Below are positions 1 through 10,931 of a stretch of 64,000 nt of DNA, in pieces. The stretch comes from Epithemia pelagica. Lineage: Eukaryota > Protista > Bacillariophyta. The translations under genes were made by a program, and so were the position numbers. The stretch covers positions 1,054,001 to 1,118,000 of the forward strand of contig OX337241.1 of the NCBI GenBank assembly GCA_946965045.2. Direction: 5' to 3'. Below the pieces are notes generated by a model. The model did no database searches. It was not told where the DNA came from and worked only from the letters and a program-made list of their open reading frames with translations. Within the stretch, counting starts at the first letter, position 1. Every line of letters begins with the position of its first letter.

Positions 1-759
1 ATCGCACAACCCACCCGGAAGTGCATGGTTCGATATACTAAAGGCTTGCGAACTGGTAATTTCAACCACGGATCGAGATCGAACATGTTCGTCTGTGTAA
101 AACCTAGTAGAGAGATTTGTGAAGGAGAAATATATGGATGAGGAAAGTCACGTGAGCGAAAAGATTCTCGTTGGCTATCAGACTCCATCCTCCCTCCGAT
201 ATCACTTGCATACAATCCTTTCGTGTCTCTTTCCAGACCGCATGAAATCGCATGCTTTTTGTCACCTACCCAAATTCTACCGACTGTACCTGTCGTCGAA
301 CAATTCCATCGAGCGGGTCCGACGACGCCATGGTGATGGCTCCAAGAGAGAACACAAAATCGGAGCTTATGAATGGACGGGGAGCGAGGTGAAGAATTTG
401 AATTTCGAAATTTGAATAAATCCATCGAGGGGCTTAAGTGAAAATGAGGTCAATTTCAATCGCACAAAGCGTCTGAAAAAGCAAAAATCATTCGCAAGCA
501 AGCAAGGTCGATCACATGCTTTCTCGCAGTATTCGCACGTCGCGCACCGAGAGATCCGCCGTTAGAGGAGAGTAGGGCTGAGGGGTGGCACGCGCTTGCT
601 CTGACCTCCACGTTTTCAACTAAAACACAACAAAATCTCAAAACCCTCCTTCCTTTTCTGTCCGGTGCGCAAAAAAAAACCCACCCGACAGTCGGTTGAT
701 TCGTTTCACGATAAGAGGTCAGACCAACCAAAGAGTTCAAGACAACAAAGCAACACAAA

Positions 760-3435
760 ATGAATAAGGCTGCGCAAGAAAACCTTGAGATTCCACAGAA
801 TCAGGAACGGCAAATTGTCAATGCCGAGGACCCTTCTACAGAGGAAGCGATGAAGGAACACGCCGTTGCCAAGAAGAAGCCGTCACGCCACGCACGCCCT
901 GAGTACCCCAAGTTATCATTGATTGCTGGCGACACCGATGATTCGAGAGATGATGAGGAAATTAAGAAGGGCAAAGAAGAATGGCTGGAGAATGGGGAGG
1001 AGCAACTTAAGGAGAGACAGAAAAATGCTTTCGGTGATGATGCTCCCACTTTCTTTCGTGACTTGGACTCTGACGACAAAAAGTCAACGCGGTTTCTGAG
1101 AGCCACGGATATCTTGAAAAATATTTGGCCGGGTGGGGAAATCAATCTGGACGACATCGATACCATAATTGAGCGACTACAGAACATTCCATATCTGGGA
1201 AATGGATCCTTGAAAAACGATCTTGACCATGCCCGAGGGATTTGCAATGCCAGCGGCGACGACGACAATAATGACGGGATCAGTCCTGAATTGAAGAAAT
1301 GTTTGGCAAGCATTCCAGACGAAGGCGCTCGTAAAACTGCTTTTGCCAATGTTTTGGCGCTAGCAAAAAAAGAACAGTTGGGGGCAAAGAAAAAACAATT
1401 GTTGATAATAAGAAGCAATATTTCTGATGTCCTGGTTGAAGTCATGAGGAAGACAATGAACGTACATAACCAACTCTTATTTCTCTCTGGTTTGAACCAG
1501 GCCGAAGCGACAAAAACCACCTGTTCTCCTAGCGGTGGCGCGAATACCAACGAATCTACGGCCTCCAAGAAGCGAAAGAGGAATGAAGAAGAAGCAAAAC
1601 TCGAGGAAAGACGCGAGGTCTACCCGCTTGCAGAAGCGGAAACGATTTTTTCACCGATCTTGGAAGGTCCTGCAGACATTGAAGACGTTCTACAGGACCT
1701 TACCAAGGTTAGTCCACACGACAAAGCAGAAAAACGTCTGAGAAAGGTAATGACTGTTCTCGAAAGGTACCTTGAAGAAGCAACCTTTTTGAAGAACCAC
1801 GATAACCTGTACAGGGAAAAAGTAGAGAAAGGGCTAAAAGCCTTGCGGCACAAAATTCGTCAGACGAGCACGGAGCCTGAGGATTCTTATACCCGTGACT
1901 CTACTTCAACCAAGTCGAAAGTCGCTTCCTCTACTCCAACACCCGAAGAGAAATATGCACCCGGGGCGTTTGCCCACGAAAAAGATGGCACGCAGCCTTG
2001 GATTCGATGTCTTTTACAGTTGATCGGTGCGTGCTGGGTACCCGATTCTTCGGAGAGATCCAACCCAACACAAAATTCTGTTCTCAGAGAGGGTATGATT
2101 CCAAGTTCCCCGTATCGACGCAAACGATCGATCGATTTCATGCTCCAGAAGAAAGGGCGATTGTCAGCCGTTATTCTGGACGATAATCTGACGGTTCCGG
2201 TGGCAACAAAGCCGGGATGCCGTGGTTCTGATCAACCCGATACACTTTGGAATGAGGCCACAGATCAAGTTTTATCTCACCTTGCGAAGCATCTTGTCGT
2301 TGGCTTCAACTTCGCGGGCTGGGGTGTGCCTTGTCATATTACTGGGATTGTTGTCTCCATGGCCGCCATTCAGATTATGCAGCTCGGTTATGAAAACGTT
2401 GGTACACCTGAGGCCAAGTTGGTGTTGTATCAGTCCAAGCTGATGCCTCTTATGAAAGTTGAACACTTCCAAAAATGGGCAGACTCGGCGGGACATATCA
2501 ATCAAGAATCATTTGATCAACTCAAAACAGATCTGTACGGGACGGACGGGACAGGTGGAGTGGATGGTGTTGGACTTCCCCTGGGAGTTCGGGCGCTGTT
2601 CAATCTTATGAATCAACCCAGTGAGAAACTTTATGGCTTCTCAGTAGACAGTGAAGCCGATATCTTGGGCACTCCGATCGGGAGCGGCGGAACTTCGATA
2701 GTTTTTCGCAAAAAGGGTTACGCCGCGAGTGTGGTAAAGGTTTGTCGGTATGGTATCAAGAGGGGCATTAAGAACGAAAAGGAAATATTGAAGAAGCTGG
2801 CAGCTGGTTGCACAAACCTTCCTAAGGAAATCGCCAACACTTTGCCAGGAAACAAGTTGCAGGTCAAGCTTGGCTCTGTGGAAATGTCTTTGCCCGCCAT
2901 TGAGCTGAGTCCTGCTGGGAAAAATGCGTCTGCGTATTTGAATTCGACAAAGAAGACAAAAGTTCGGGGCTTGCGCCTCATCTTCGAGGGGATCAATTCG
3001 GCCTTGAAGTATATGCATGAAAAGAAGATTTGTCATTGTGATGTGACTCCCCCAAATATAATCATTGTTGGGGAAGAAAGTAATGCGAGAGCGGTGTTGA
3101 TTGACTTCTCGATTGCACGAAATCTCGGAGAAAGCGTCAGTGGCTTTTGGGGGACACCGGACTACACCCACCGCGAAATATTTCTGAAAAGAACTTGGAC
3201 GTCTTGTGAGGATCAAGACAAAGCAGGGCTTGGGTTCACGATGGCTTTTTTCGCAAATGACTCTATGTTACCATGGGAGTCACTTACGTCTAGCTGGGAC
3301 TTGAAATCTGCATTGGAGAATCGCCTGGAAAGAGCCCTAGAGGTCACCAAACATGTTGATTTCGAGCAAGAAATCAAGACAGAAATTGAAAAGCTTCTCG
3401 ACTGTGACAAAAAGATGAGTACTCCTAGCAAGTAA
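760..3435 (+). CDS. Crinkler (CRN)-like protein: low-complexity N-terminus, restriction-endonuclease-like domain, C-terminal protein kinase domain
   Basis: 891-aa intronless ORF. Kinase motifs: GSGGTSIV (Gly loop), VVKV, HCDVTPPNI (catalytic loop), DFS, GTPDY. An upstream SIDF..VPVATK..DQVLSHLAK segment resembles the CR-REase domains that precede kinases. Confidence 0.7.
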   Translation: MNKAAQENLEIPQNQERQIVNAEDPSTEEAMKEHAVAKKKPSRHARPEYPKLSLIAGDTDDSRDDEEIKKGKEEWLENGEEQLKERQKNAFGDDAPTFFRDLDSDDKKSTRFLRATDILKNIWPGGEINLDDIDTIIERLQNIPYLGNGSLKNDLDHARGICNASGDDDNNDGISPELKKCLASIPDEGARKTAFANVLALAKKEQLGAKKKQLLIIRSNISDVLVEVMRKTMNVHNQLLFLSGLNQAEATKTTCSPSGGANTNESTASKKRKRNEEEAKLEERREVYPLAEAETIFSPILEGPADIEDVLQDLTKVSPHDKAEKRLRKVMTVLERYLEEATFLKNHDNLYREKVEKGLKALRHKIRQTSTEPEDSYTRDSTSTKSKVASSTPTPEEKYAPGAFAHEKDGTQPWIRCLLQLIGACWVPDSSERSNPTQNSVLREGMIPSSPYRRKRSIDFMLQKKGRLSAVILDDNLTVPVATKPGCRGSDQPDTLWNEATDQVLSHLAKHLVVGFNFAGWGVPCHITGIVVSMAAIQIMQLGYENVGTPEAKLVLYQSKLMPLMKVEHFQKWADSAGHINQESFDQLKTDLYGTDGTGGVDGVGLPLGVRALFNLMNQPSEKLYGFSVDSEADILGTPIGSGGTSIVFRKKGYAASVVKVCRYGIKRGIKNEKEILKKLAAGCTNLPKEIANTLPGNKLQVKLGSVEMSLPAIELSPAGKNASAYLNSTKKTKVRGLRLIFEGINSALKYMHEKKICHCDVTPPNIIIVGEESNARAVLIDFSIARNLGESVSGFWGTPDYTHREIFLKRTWTSCEDQDKAGLGFTMAFFANDSMLPWESLTSSWDLKSALENRLERALEVTKHVDFEQEIKTEIEKLLDCDKKMSTPSK

Positions 3436-3520
3436 CTCTACCAGTTGCCTGGCCTATGCATCCCAAGAGATGTAACAAATCTCTTCTTTATAAATCAGCT
3501 ATATCAAGTCCTTTTCCTCC

Positions 3521-6500
3521 TTAGGTGTTGCTAGTTTCTGTTTCTTCTTCTTTCGTGGCATGGTCGAGATTGACCACCTGAACAGGTACGCTTCGGGGCA
3601 AGGCATAGAGCGATTGGACTCGACCAAATTCAATCGGATCGGAAAGGTAGACCGTCTTGTCCGTTTCATCGGTTCTTGTTGTTGTGGTGGTGGTGGGAAT
3701 GTCGACGCCTTGTCCAAACATTTGAATCGTAATAGACGATCCATACAACATGGCCTTATCCAGGAGACGAAGGACATCTTGCTTGGTGCTGGTCAAAATG
3801 TGTTGGGCAATTTCCGTAACGCGGGTAAAATGAAAGGTTTGATTGGTAATCAAATTCCAATGAGACGCCGACTCTTGCAGTAAATTCTTTTTGGGTTCCA
3901 TAAAGCTTTCATACAGGGATTGTCGAGTAGTTTCAAATTCCTCCTTGGACAATTGGACCAATTCGGTGCGGACCGTTTGCCAAAACTCTTGCATCCGAGA
4001 GGCCATGTAGACGGGATCTTGGACTTCTCCCTGCACCAACAAGACCAACGCCTTGATGTGATCACCCGACGTTTTGAGTTGCGAATGAACAATATAACCC
4101 AACTGTTCTTGGGTCCGCAATTGCATGTAGGCCCGTTCGGAAATCAAATGACGCAACAAGGACAGGGTGGCATTGGATGCCAAATCCATAATTCCAAAGG
4201 GAAAGTATTGCAAGGCACAATGGTTGGTATTCTCTTCGTTCCAGGATGTACCGCGGTACACAAAGTTGGTTTCGGGAGGCAACTGCACAATGCGTTGTTG
4301 CAAGGTGTGTCGTGTACCTGTCGTCGTCATCTTCTTGACGGGTGCGGCATCCTCCGTCTTGGCTTTCACCTCTGGCGACGTCGCCGACGATGATGATGAT
4401 TCTTCGGGTTGTTGTTGTCCCTGTCGCAAAATTTGCGGAATGGCTTGTCCCAGTTCCATGGCTTGGTGGGGTGTGAGATTGCCATGCACCAAAATTTGCA
4501 GCCCATGGCTGGTCAAAAATTGTTGATGATGAAAGCGAATCAAATCTGGGGCCTGCAATTGATCCAATTCCTGCATGCGTTGTTCAATGGTCCGGGGCGT
4601 CGGTACCGCTTCCAAACACTGGTCCAAACAATAAATGGCATGTTGATACACTTGGGCCATTAAAAAGGAATGATACTGATCCCGCAACTTTTGCACCAAG
4701 CGATCCCACAATTCGTCCTTCAAGGGCATTGTATCGTCGTCGTCCTTGTCCTTGTCATCCGTGTCCTGGTTTTGGGTGCTACTCGTACTGGCGTTGGTTC
4801 TAGTACTCGTACTCGCCACGGTGGTTTCCAAGAGTCGTCGACAAAAGAGAGCAGCCTTGTGCGAATACCCCGACACGTGTAATTCAATGGTGGATCGTTT
4901 GGGATTGGCCACCCATTCGCCATAGAGACCGGCCATACTGGCGGCATAGGCAAAGGTATTGGAGACTTCATTTTGCCATTCCGTCCACACGGTTGTTTCG
5001 ACCGTGGAGGCGGAATCCATCATGCCACTCGTCGTCGTTGTTCCTCCGGCAATGGGAAAGGAGATGAAAATATTCACCTTGGGCATGGAAAATTCGGTAT
5101 CGGGTTTGTACCACAATTGAATCTCGGAATCGTTCAAGAGACACACGGGTGGGGGTGGCATGTTGCTGCTTGTGGAGGATTGGCCAAAGTATTGCCGTTG
5201 GACGGCTTGTGGCAAGGAAACCAAGGCAAAGTCGGATGGCACAAATTCATTGGGTGGCGGCAAGTGCAATTGCTGGGCCAATTCTTGCACCAACGGACTG
5301 GCCTGTTCGACATTGGTCCAGCTTTCCAACACGTTGTCTGGAACCGGTTCGAGACGATATTGTGTCCCATACCACGGTGCCGTCTGCCATTCCGTCGCAT
5401 CGTTCGGTTCGGCGGCCATTTCGCCATAATCGGGTGCCCCCACGACAATCAACATGTGCTCGGGAATCAAATGACGAACAAATTCCGTTTGCAGCAAGGA
5501 TTGATTCCAGGAGGGTGCCAAATACTTGTACAGGCCCGACAAGTATTGGTGCGCACGCGGCACGTGATGCATTCCCACCGACAAGGAACTCACGGCATCG
5601 ACCGCCGACGACGGAATGCCCAAAAAGTCAAAGTGCATGTCTCCCATGAGTTTGAGTTCCTCATAAATGTGCGGAGGCAAGACATTGGGCGACGACAACA
5701 AGCGGATATAGGCGTAAACGAGGGCAATAATTTCAGGGACATGCTGCCATCCGGTTTGGGTCAATTCCAATTGCAAAATCAAGACGGAAAAGGCCGACGT
5801 CGAGCGACTCCCATCGTCGGCCGACAATTCTTGTACCCAGGGTTGTTCGTGTCGCAACACGTGCAACAAACTGCCCGGTCCTTCATCGCCCAACAAGTGC
5901 GACAAGACCCGCGTCGGTTTTTCCTCATACAAGGACATGGTTTCCCGCAACGGCCAATGCAATTCCAACGTGTAGACGGGACGAATGGGGACGACTTGGA
6001 CCCAAATGGGACCCTTCTTCTTGGTACTATTCGTGTCGTTGTTGTCGGTGGTGGAGGGTTCCACGGATACGAGGGGTGGCACGGTAGGAATGGACAAATC
6101 TACGGACGAGGCCTTGCGGCGTTCCTGCAACAAACTGGTAAAGTGTTTCCGTACCAAGGCTTCTTGCTCTTCCAAGGGCTGTGAACTCAAAACTGTCACT
6201 GTAATATTCCGCGCCAGATAATGCACATCCCAAAACTCCCACACCGCTTGACGCAAGGCTTGAATGCGTTGGCGTTTTTCGGGATCCGTCGCAGTGGTCG
6301 TGGTGGCGGCAGCGCCTGATTCCGAGTCCTGCGGTTGATCCGTCTCTGGTTCTGGGGAGGTTGCATCCTCTGTTTTGTTGTTGTCATCGTGGTTGTCAAC
6401 GAGAGGGGGGTTGTTTGGTCCGTCCTCCTCTCCAGTTTGAAAACTGTTGGGCAACAAGGAGGCCAAACATCCCGATCCAAATTGTCCATAGGGATGATCT

Positions 6501-7066
6501 GTTGTCGTCGTCGTGGCAATCTTGTCGGCCATTAATGTTTTGGACAATTGATAGGTTCTCCACATGTCTTCGGGTTTGTTCTTGGCATGTTCACTGTCCA
6601 CGGCCATGATTTCTCGTTCCACGACCGATTCGGACAAGAGAGGTTGTCGCAAGACGGCCGCCCATCGTTGCAAGGTTCCTTCCAAGGCGGCCGTCCGACA
6701 ATCCATGTAATAACAGGTCAATTCCAAATCGGTATAGGCATTGGAATTGCCGCCCTGTTGACTCAACCAATACGTCAAATCGTTTTCGTCGGGAAAGTCG
6801 GCACTGCCCAAAAAGACCAAATGTTCCAACAAATGCGCCCGACCTGGCCATTGAGGACCATCGTGCAATTGACCGGCCGGATAGACGGTCGTACTCAATG
6901 CGGCCTTGTCCGTCTGACGATCCCGAATCAACAAACAGCGCACTTGGTTGTCCGGGTCGTTGTCGTCGACGAGGGTGACGGATCGATATTCACGCAAGGG
7001 ATATTCCTCCCCCGTTTCCTCATTGCGAATCAATTTCGAATGACTGGCTGGAACCTCAATCTCCAT
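3521..7066 (-). CDS. M16A metallopeptidase (insulin-degrading enzyme/nardilysin-like)
   Basis: Inverted zinc motif HLLEH (AHLLEHLVFLGS), plus NSNAYT, EIMAVDSEH, WYKPD..F.MPK and QLRTQEQLGYIV. Likely ATG at 7066 (MEIEVPAS); the frame stays open up to 7354. Confidence 0.92.
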   Translation of the reverse strand: MEIEVPASHSKLIRNEETGEEYPLREYRSVTLVDDNDPDNQVRCLLIRDRQTDKAALSTTVYPAGQLHDGPQWPGRAHLLEHLVFLGSADFPDENDLTYWLSQQGGNSNAYTDLELTCYYMDCRTAALEGTLQRWAAVLRQPLLSESVVEREIMAVDSEHAKNKPEDMWRTYQLSKTLMADKIATTTTTDHPYGQFGSGCLASLLPNSFQTGEEDGPNNPPLVDNHDDNNKTEDATSPEPETDQPQDSESGAAATTTTATDPEKRQRIQALRQAVWEFWDVHYLARNITVTVLSSQPLEEQEALVRKHFTSLLQERRKASSVDLSIPTVPPLVSVEPSTTDNNDTNSTKKKGPIWVQVVPIRPVYTLELHWPLRETMSLYEEKPTRVLSHLLGDEGPGSLLHVLRHEQPWVQELSADDGSRSTSAFSVLILQLELTQTGWQHVPEIIALVYAYIRLLSSPNVLPPHIYEELKLMGDMHFDFLGIPSSAVDAVSSLSVGMHHVPRAHQYLSGLYKYLAPSWNQSLLQTEFVRHLIPEHMLIVVGAPDYGEMAAEPNDATEWQTAPWYGTQYRLEPVPDNVLESWTNVEQASPLVQELAQQLHLPPPNEFVPSDFALVSLPQAVQRQYFGQSSTSSNMPPPPVCLLNDSEIQLWYKPDTEFSMPKVNIFISFPIAGGTTTTSGMMDSASTVETTVWTEWQNEVSNTFAYAASMAGLYGEWVANPKRSTIELHVSGYSHKAALFCRRLLETTVASTSTRTNASTSSTQNQDTDDKDKDDDDTMPLKDELWDRLVQKLRDQYHSFLMAQVYQHAIYCLDQCLEAVPTPRTIEQRMQELDQLQAPDLIRFHHQQFLTSHGLQILVHGNLTPHQAMELGQAIPQILRQGQQQPEESSSSSATSPEVKAKTEDAAPVKKMTTTGTRHTLQQRIVQLPPETNFVYRGTSWNEENTNHCALQYFPFGIMDLASNATLSLLRHLISERAYMQLRTQEQLGYIVHSQLKTSGDHIKALVLLVQGEVQDPVYMASRMQEFWQTVRTELVQLSKEEFETTRQSLYESFMEPKKNLLQESASHWNLITNQTFHFTRVTEIAQHILTSTKQDVLRLLDKAMLYGSSITIQMFGQGVDIPTTTTTTRTDETDKTVYLSDPIEFGRVQSLYALPRSVPVQVVNLDHATKEEETETSNT

Positions 7067-7912
7067 TCTCGTTTCAGTTGGAAGAACAACAACAAAACTG
7101 CAAGAAGTGGTGTTTGTTGCCTGCTGTAGAGGAATCGCACAGAAATGGCCTCTTTGGAGTTGACACCACACAGCGAGAAAAATGAAAGTCGGTGGATTCA
7201 ACGGCTGCCACGACCGACCACAAAAAGAGGGGACGCGCCATGCCAAAAAGGGGGAGGGTACCTCGCCCTCAATTCCTTCCCCCGATTCTCCTACCAACTT
7301 GCGCGCATCGTCACCAGATTCGAAAAAGGAATCTTCGAGTCTCTTACAACTCAAGCGCTATTAATCCGATAATGTAATATTAAGATTACTTTAATTCGAC
7401 GTTTGAACCGATAGAGATTGTAGATTCAGTCGCATGCTCTTTTCTCACTATCAAGCAAAGAGTTGGTTCGGGACCCAAGAAAAAGAGGGGTTCGATGTTG
7501 GATGGAATCCAGGATTCTTGGTTACGCGCAGTCACACTCCAGAAACTTTCCAGCGCTTTCATTCCATGCATTCCGAGCAATCGCGCATCTCCCCACAACA
7601 TTCGCTCGCTGGAAGTCTTCTTCATTTGCACATTGTCCAAGTTGGTTCACGGTTCTGTGAGAACCCTGTCGTTTGGTGGGAAACGCTCGTTATCGCTCAC
7701 TTTTCCAACAACCACCGCTCTTCGTTTGGGGGGACCAATACAAAATCATCTTGCGAACAACAAACTCCAATCATCCAGCTCACAAAAAAAGAGAGGATTC
7801 TAACGAGAAACCAGCTTGTGTGTGCAGTATTCTGGATCTCGACGAATACACCAAACGAGCCATTTACCTATCTCTTGATTCGGAACGAAACCCCCACAAC
7901 CACAAACACACC

Positions 7913-10017
7913 ATGGTTCGTTTCCCCCTCCTTTGTCTCGCTACTAGTCTGGTGATGGTATCCTCCCTCACGGGTGCCAGGGCGGCCGCCGCCTCATTCT
8001 CACATCCCATGGCTCTGGTTGCTGCTCGCCAACTCGAGTTTGTTCCCAACAACCTTGCCTTGGCCGCGTGTTATGACTTGATTCAGCAATCCTATGGATC
8101 GGACCAATTGTTGAGTCAAGACGAGTACCTCGACTTTGTGTGTGTGTATTCCAATACCGAGCTGTGTTTGTCGGATTGGTGGCAATTGGACTTTGAGTTG
8201 AGCATGCTCTATTACAGTGCCTTGCCCATGACGGGTGGAGCAGAGGTGGATTTCCGGCCCGACCACAACCCTCCCGACGCCTTGCTGGCCGAACTCAAAT
8301 TTCTTTGTCCCACCATCAATTCCGTCCTTCATGCGGCCCATCCCAACGAAGTGCCCTTGCAAGATTTTGTCACCATTGTCACCCTGTCACCTACCATGTC
8401 ACCGACCGTTTCCCCCACCACATTGCCCACTACCGACATTCCGACTGCCATGCCGACAGCCGTCCCAACGGCGTTGCCGACAGCCACCCCCACAGTCTTG
8501 CCCACTGCTGCTCTTCACGAACCAGCCTTGCCCACAACAGCCGTTCCTACAGTTGTGCCCACGGCTCCTCCTCAAACACAAGATGGATTGACACAAGACG
8601 ACACTACCACCACCACCATGACGACTGTGACCATGACCTTTTCCCAAGCCAGTTTGGGGTTGCAAGCCAACCAAGTGCCACCCGAATCGGTTCCGGTGGA
8701 AATGTTGGAAGCCATTAAATTCATGACGGAAAACTATTACAACAACAATGGTCCATTGGACCATAACCGTCACAATCGTCGTCGATTGGGTGCCCATTCC
8801 AGACGCCGTCACGTGTCGTCCTCCACCACACTCGAACTTCGCGATGTGGTCCACAGCGTGTCCACGACGCTCGTGTATCATTCCAGTCGCTTGTATGCCG
8901 ATCACAACCTGGTGCAAGTGTTTTACAATCAAACCCTCACGGTGACCGTCCCCCAAAACTTTGCCTTGGACGCCCAAGACGTGGCCCTGGATCCCTTTGA
9001 TAGTCCCTCGAAACAAGGTGCGCTGTTGGCACTGTCCGCCTTTGCCGACTATCCCACCCTCTTGTGGATGTTGGAAGGACAAGACGTGTTGGCCAGTATG
9101 CTCGCAACAAAAGAACCCACAATGGCTCCCACGGGTGGAGCACAAGGAGAAGAAAAAGAAAAAGAAGATCAAGATCAACAAGACGAACCCACCAGTCTGG
9201 GTACTCCCAAGGACGACGAGGATACCCCCGAGGGCGAGGTACCCCACGCTGTCAACTCCGAGGAGGGCAAAAACTATGGACCAGGAGCCATTGTTGTCTT
9301 GGTGTTCTTGATACTGGGATTGGTGAGAGTAGTGTTTTGGTTGGCGCAACGCCAATATCGAAAGTTTGCCAACCCCATTGCGGAATCCGAAGAAAAGCCA
9401 TTGTCCAGCACAAAAACAGGAACCAACAAACTGTCCACAAGTCGAGACGAAGACAATGTCACGACAGTTTCCTATGCCAATACACAGTCCGAAGTCGGCT
9501 GGGGTGACGGAATGGGACAATCCGGGAGAAGTTTGATTGTGGAAGAAGAACGCTTGGTAGAAGTGGCGTTGCCTCCCGGAAAGTTGGGCTTGATTTTGAG
9601 CACGACTCATGCTGGAACACCCGTGGTTCGTTCCGTCAAGGAAACTTCTGCGGTAGACTTCTCAAAGTAGACGAGGTGGACGTCGAACACATGCCCGTCA
9701 CCAAGATTTGTACCCTTTTGAGTCAACGGGCCAAGAATCCGGAACGTGTCTTGACCGTGATCCGTGCCGTCCCCATCCGTGCCGTCCCCATGATGGATCA
9801 TCATGAGGATCCAGACGACGTCTCCGATAACAGAAGAGAGCGAACGTACGACGAAGAAGATCCCTGGGTGCCAGTCAAGGATCCATCGGGTCGCCGAACA
9901 TCCTTTTATAACCGGAACTCGGGTGTTGTTGCTTTGGAACAAGCAAAGGGAGAACGGAACCAAGAAGGACAAGAACTGTCCGAGAATCAGCTTTTGTCGG
10001 ATAGTTCAATGACATAG
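7913..10017 (+). CDS. Single-pass membrane protein (signal peptide, EF-hand-like domain, Thr/Pro stalk, TM, PDZ, WW), frameshifted inside the PDZ domain
   Basis: Signal peptide MVRFPLLCLATSLVMVSS at 7913; DQLLSQDEYLDFV; PT-rich repeats; TM GAIVVLVFLILGLVRVVFWLA; PDZ start LPPGKLGLIL. The PDZ end and a WW-like DPWVPVKDPSGRRTSFYN lie in another frame (about 9652-10017). Confidence 0.8.
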
Positions 10018-10931
10018 GAGACAAAGAATCCTTCACAAAGGAAACCACATCAAACTGGCAGATGTGGAGCCTCACTGTCGAGCTGTTTCCACCAAAGCCG
10101 CACCATCCACCAAGAAGACGAAGATTGCTGGTGTATGACAGGTGCTGATGCAATGTAACATAGTTGTTGTTCATAGAGAGATGCGTTCTTTTGCCCCCAA
10201 AGATGTATGCGTACCAAAGTAATGCACCACATACAGCTGGTGCCATTCGCTTGCAACGTAACGTGGGCAATTTGATACTATGATAGTAAGGTTGATGGGA
10301 TCCGACTTTCCTCCTCTAGTTGTTTAGGACGACCATGCGATTGTTGCTCTGGACACCCTGATCATACAAGGTATATCTAAGGAAAAACAGATACAGCGGG
10401 ATGTAATACGAGTACTCGTACTCGTATGTGCGCTCATGCTCGCGGCGCTCGAGAGTCGAGAGATGACCTGCGTGACACGGTGGGGGTCACTCATGTCCCA
10501 CTGACACTTATTGTTCCGTTTGGGGAGTACAATTCACGTTTATACAGGTGTGCATTTAGCCATAACTCCATGCGTTGGGTCGCCAGACGGGATACTTCCT
10601 GCTTATGCGATTGGCTTAAACACAAAGAGTACATAGAGAAAATACACTTTATAGTAGTGTAAATGGGGGACAATGTTCGCCCTTCTCAAAATTTTGGATC
10701 CGCGTTGGGTTGGATTTTTTCCTAACAACGATCCATCTTTTGCGTCTAATTTCATGTGCATCCGATCCTAAATGTACTATTGCTCCATCATGCCGTTGGA
10801 ACGTCAACGCGAGGTATTTAGATTCTGATACGTTGGTTCCAATTTGTGGGCCGAACGAATGAGGAAAACAGAAGGGTTGTGTTTCGAAGCAAGACATTGA
10901 ACGAGTTGATCAAACAGAGGTCGTTGCTGCC

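Noticed and set aside
4973-9610. Long antisense ORFs (for example 4973-6184 and 8399-9610) opposite real genes
   Set aside because: These are shadow frames caused by codon bias of the sense genes, with no domain features.
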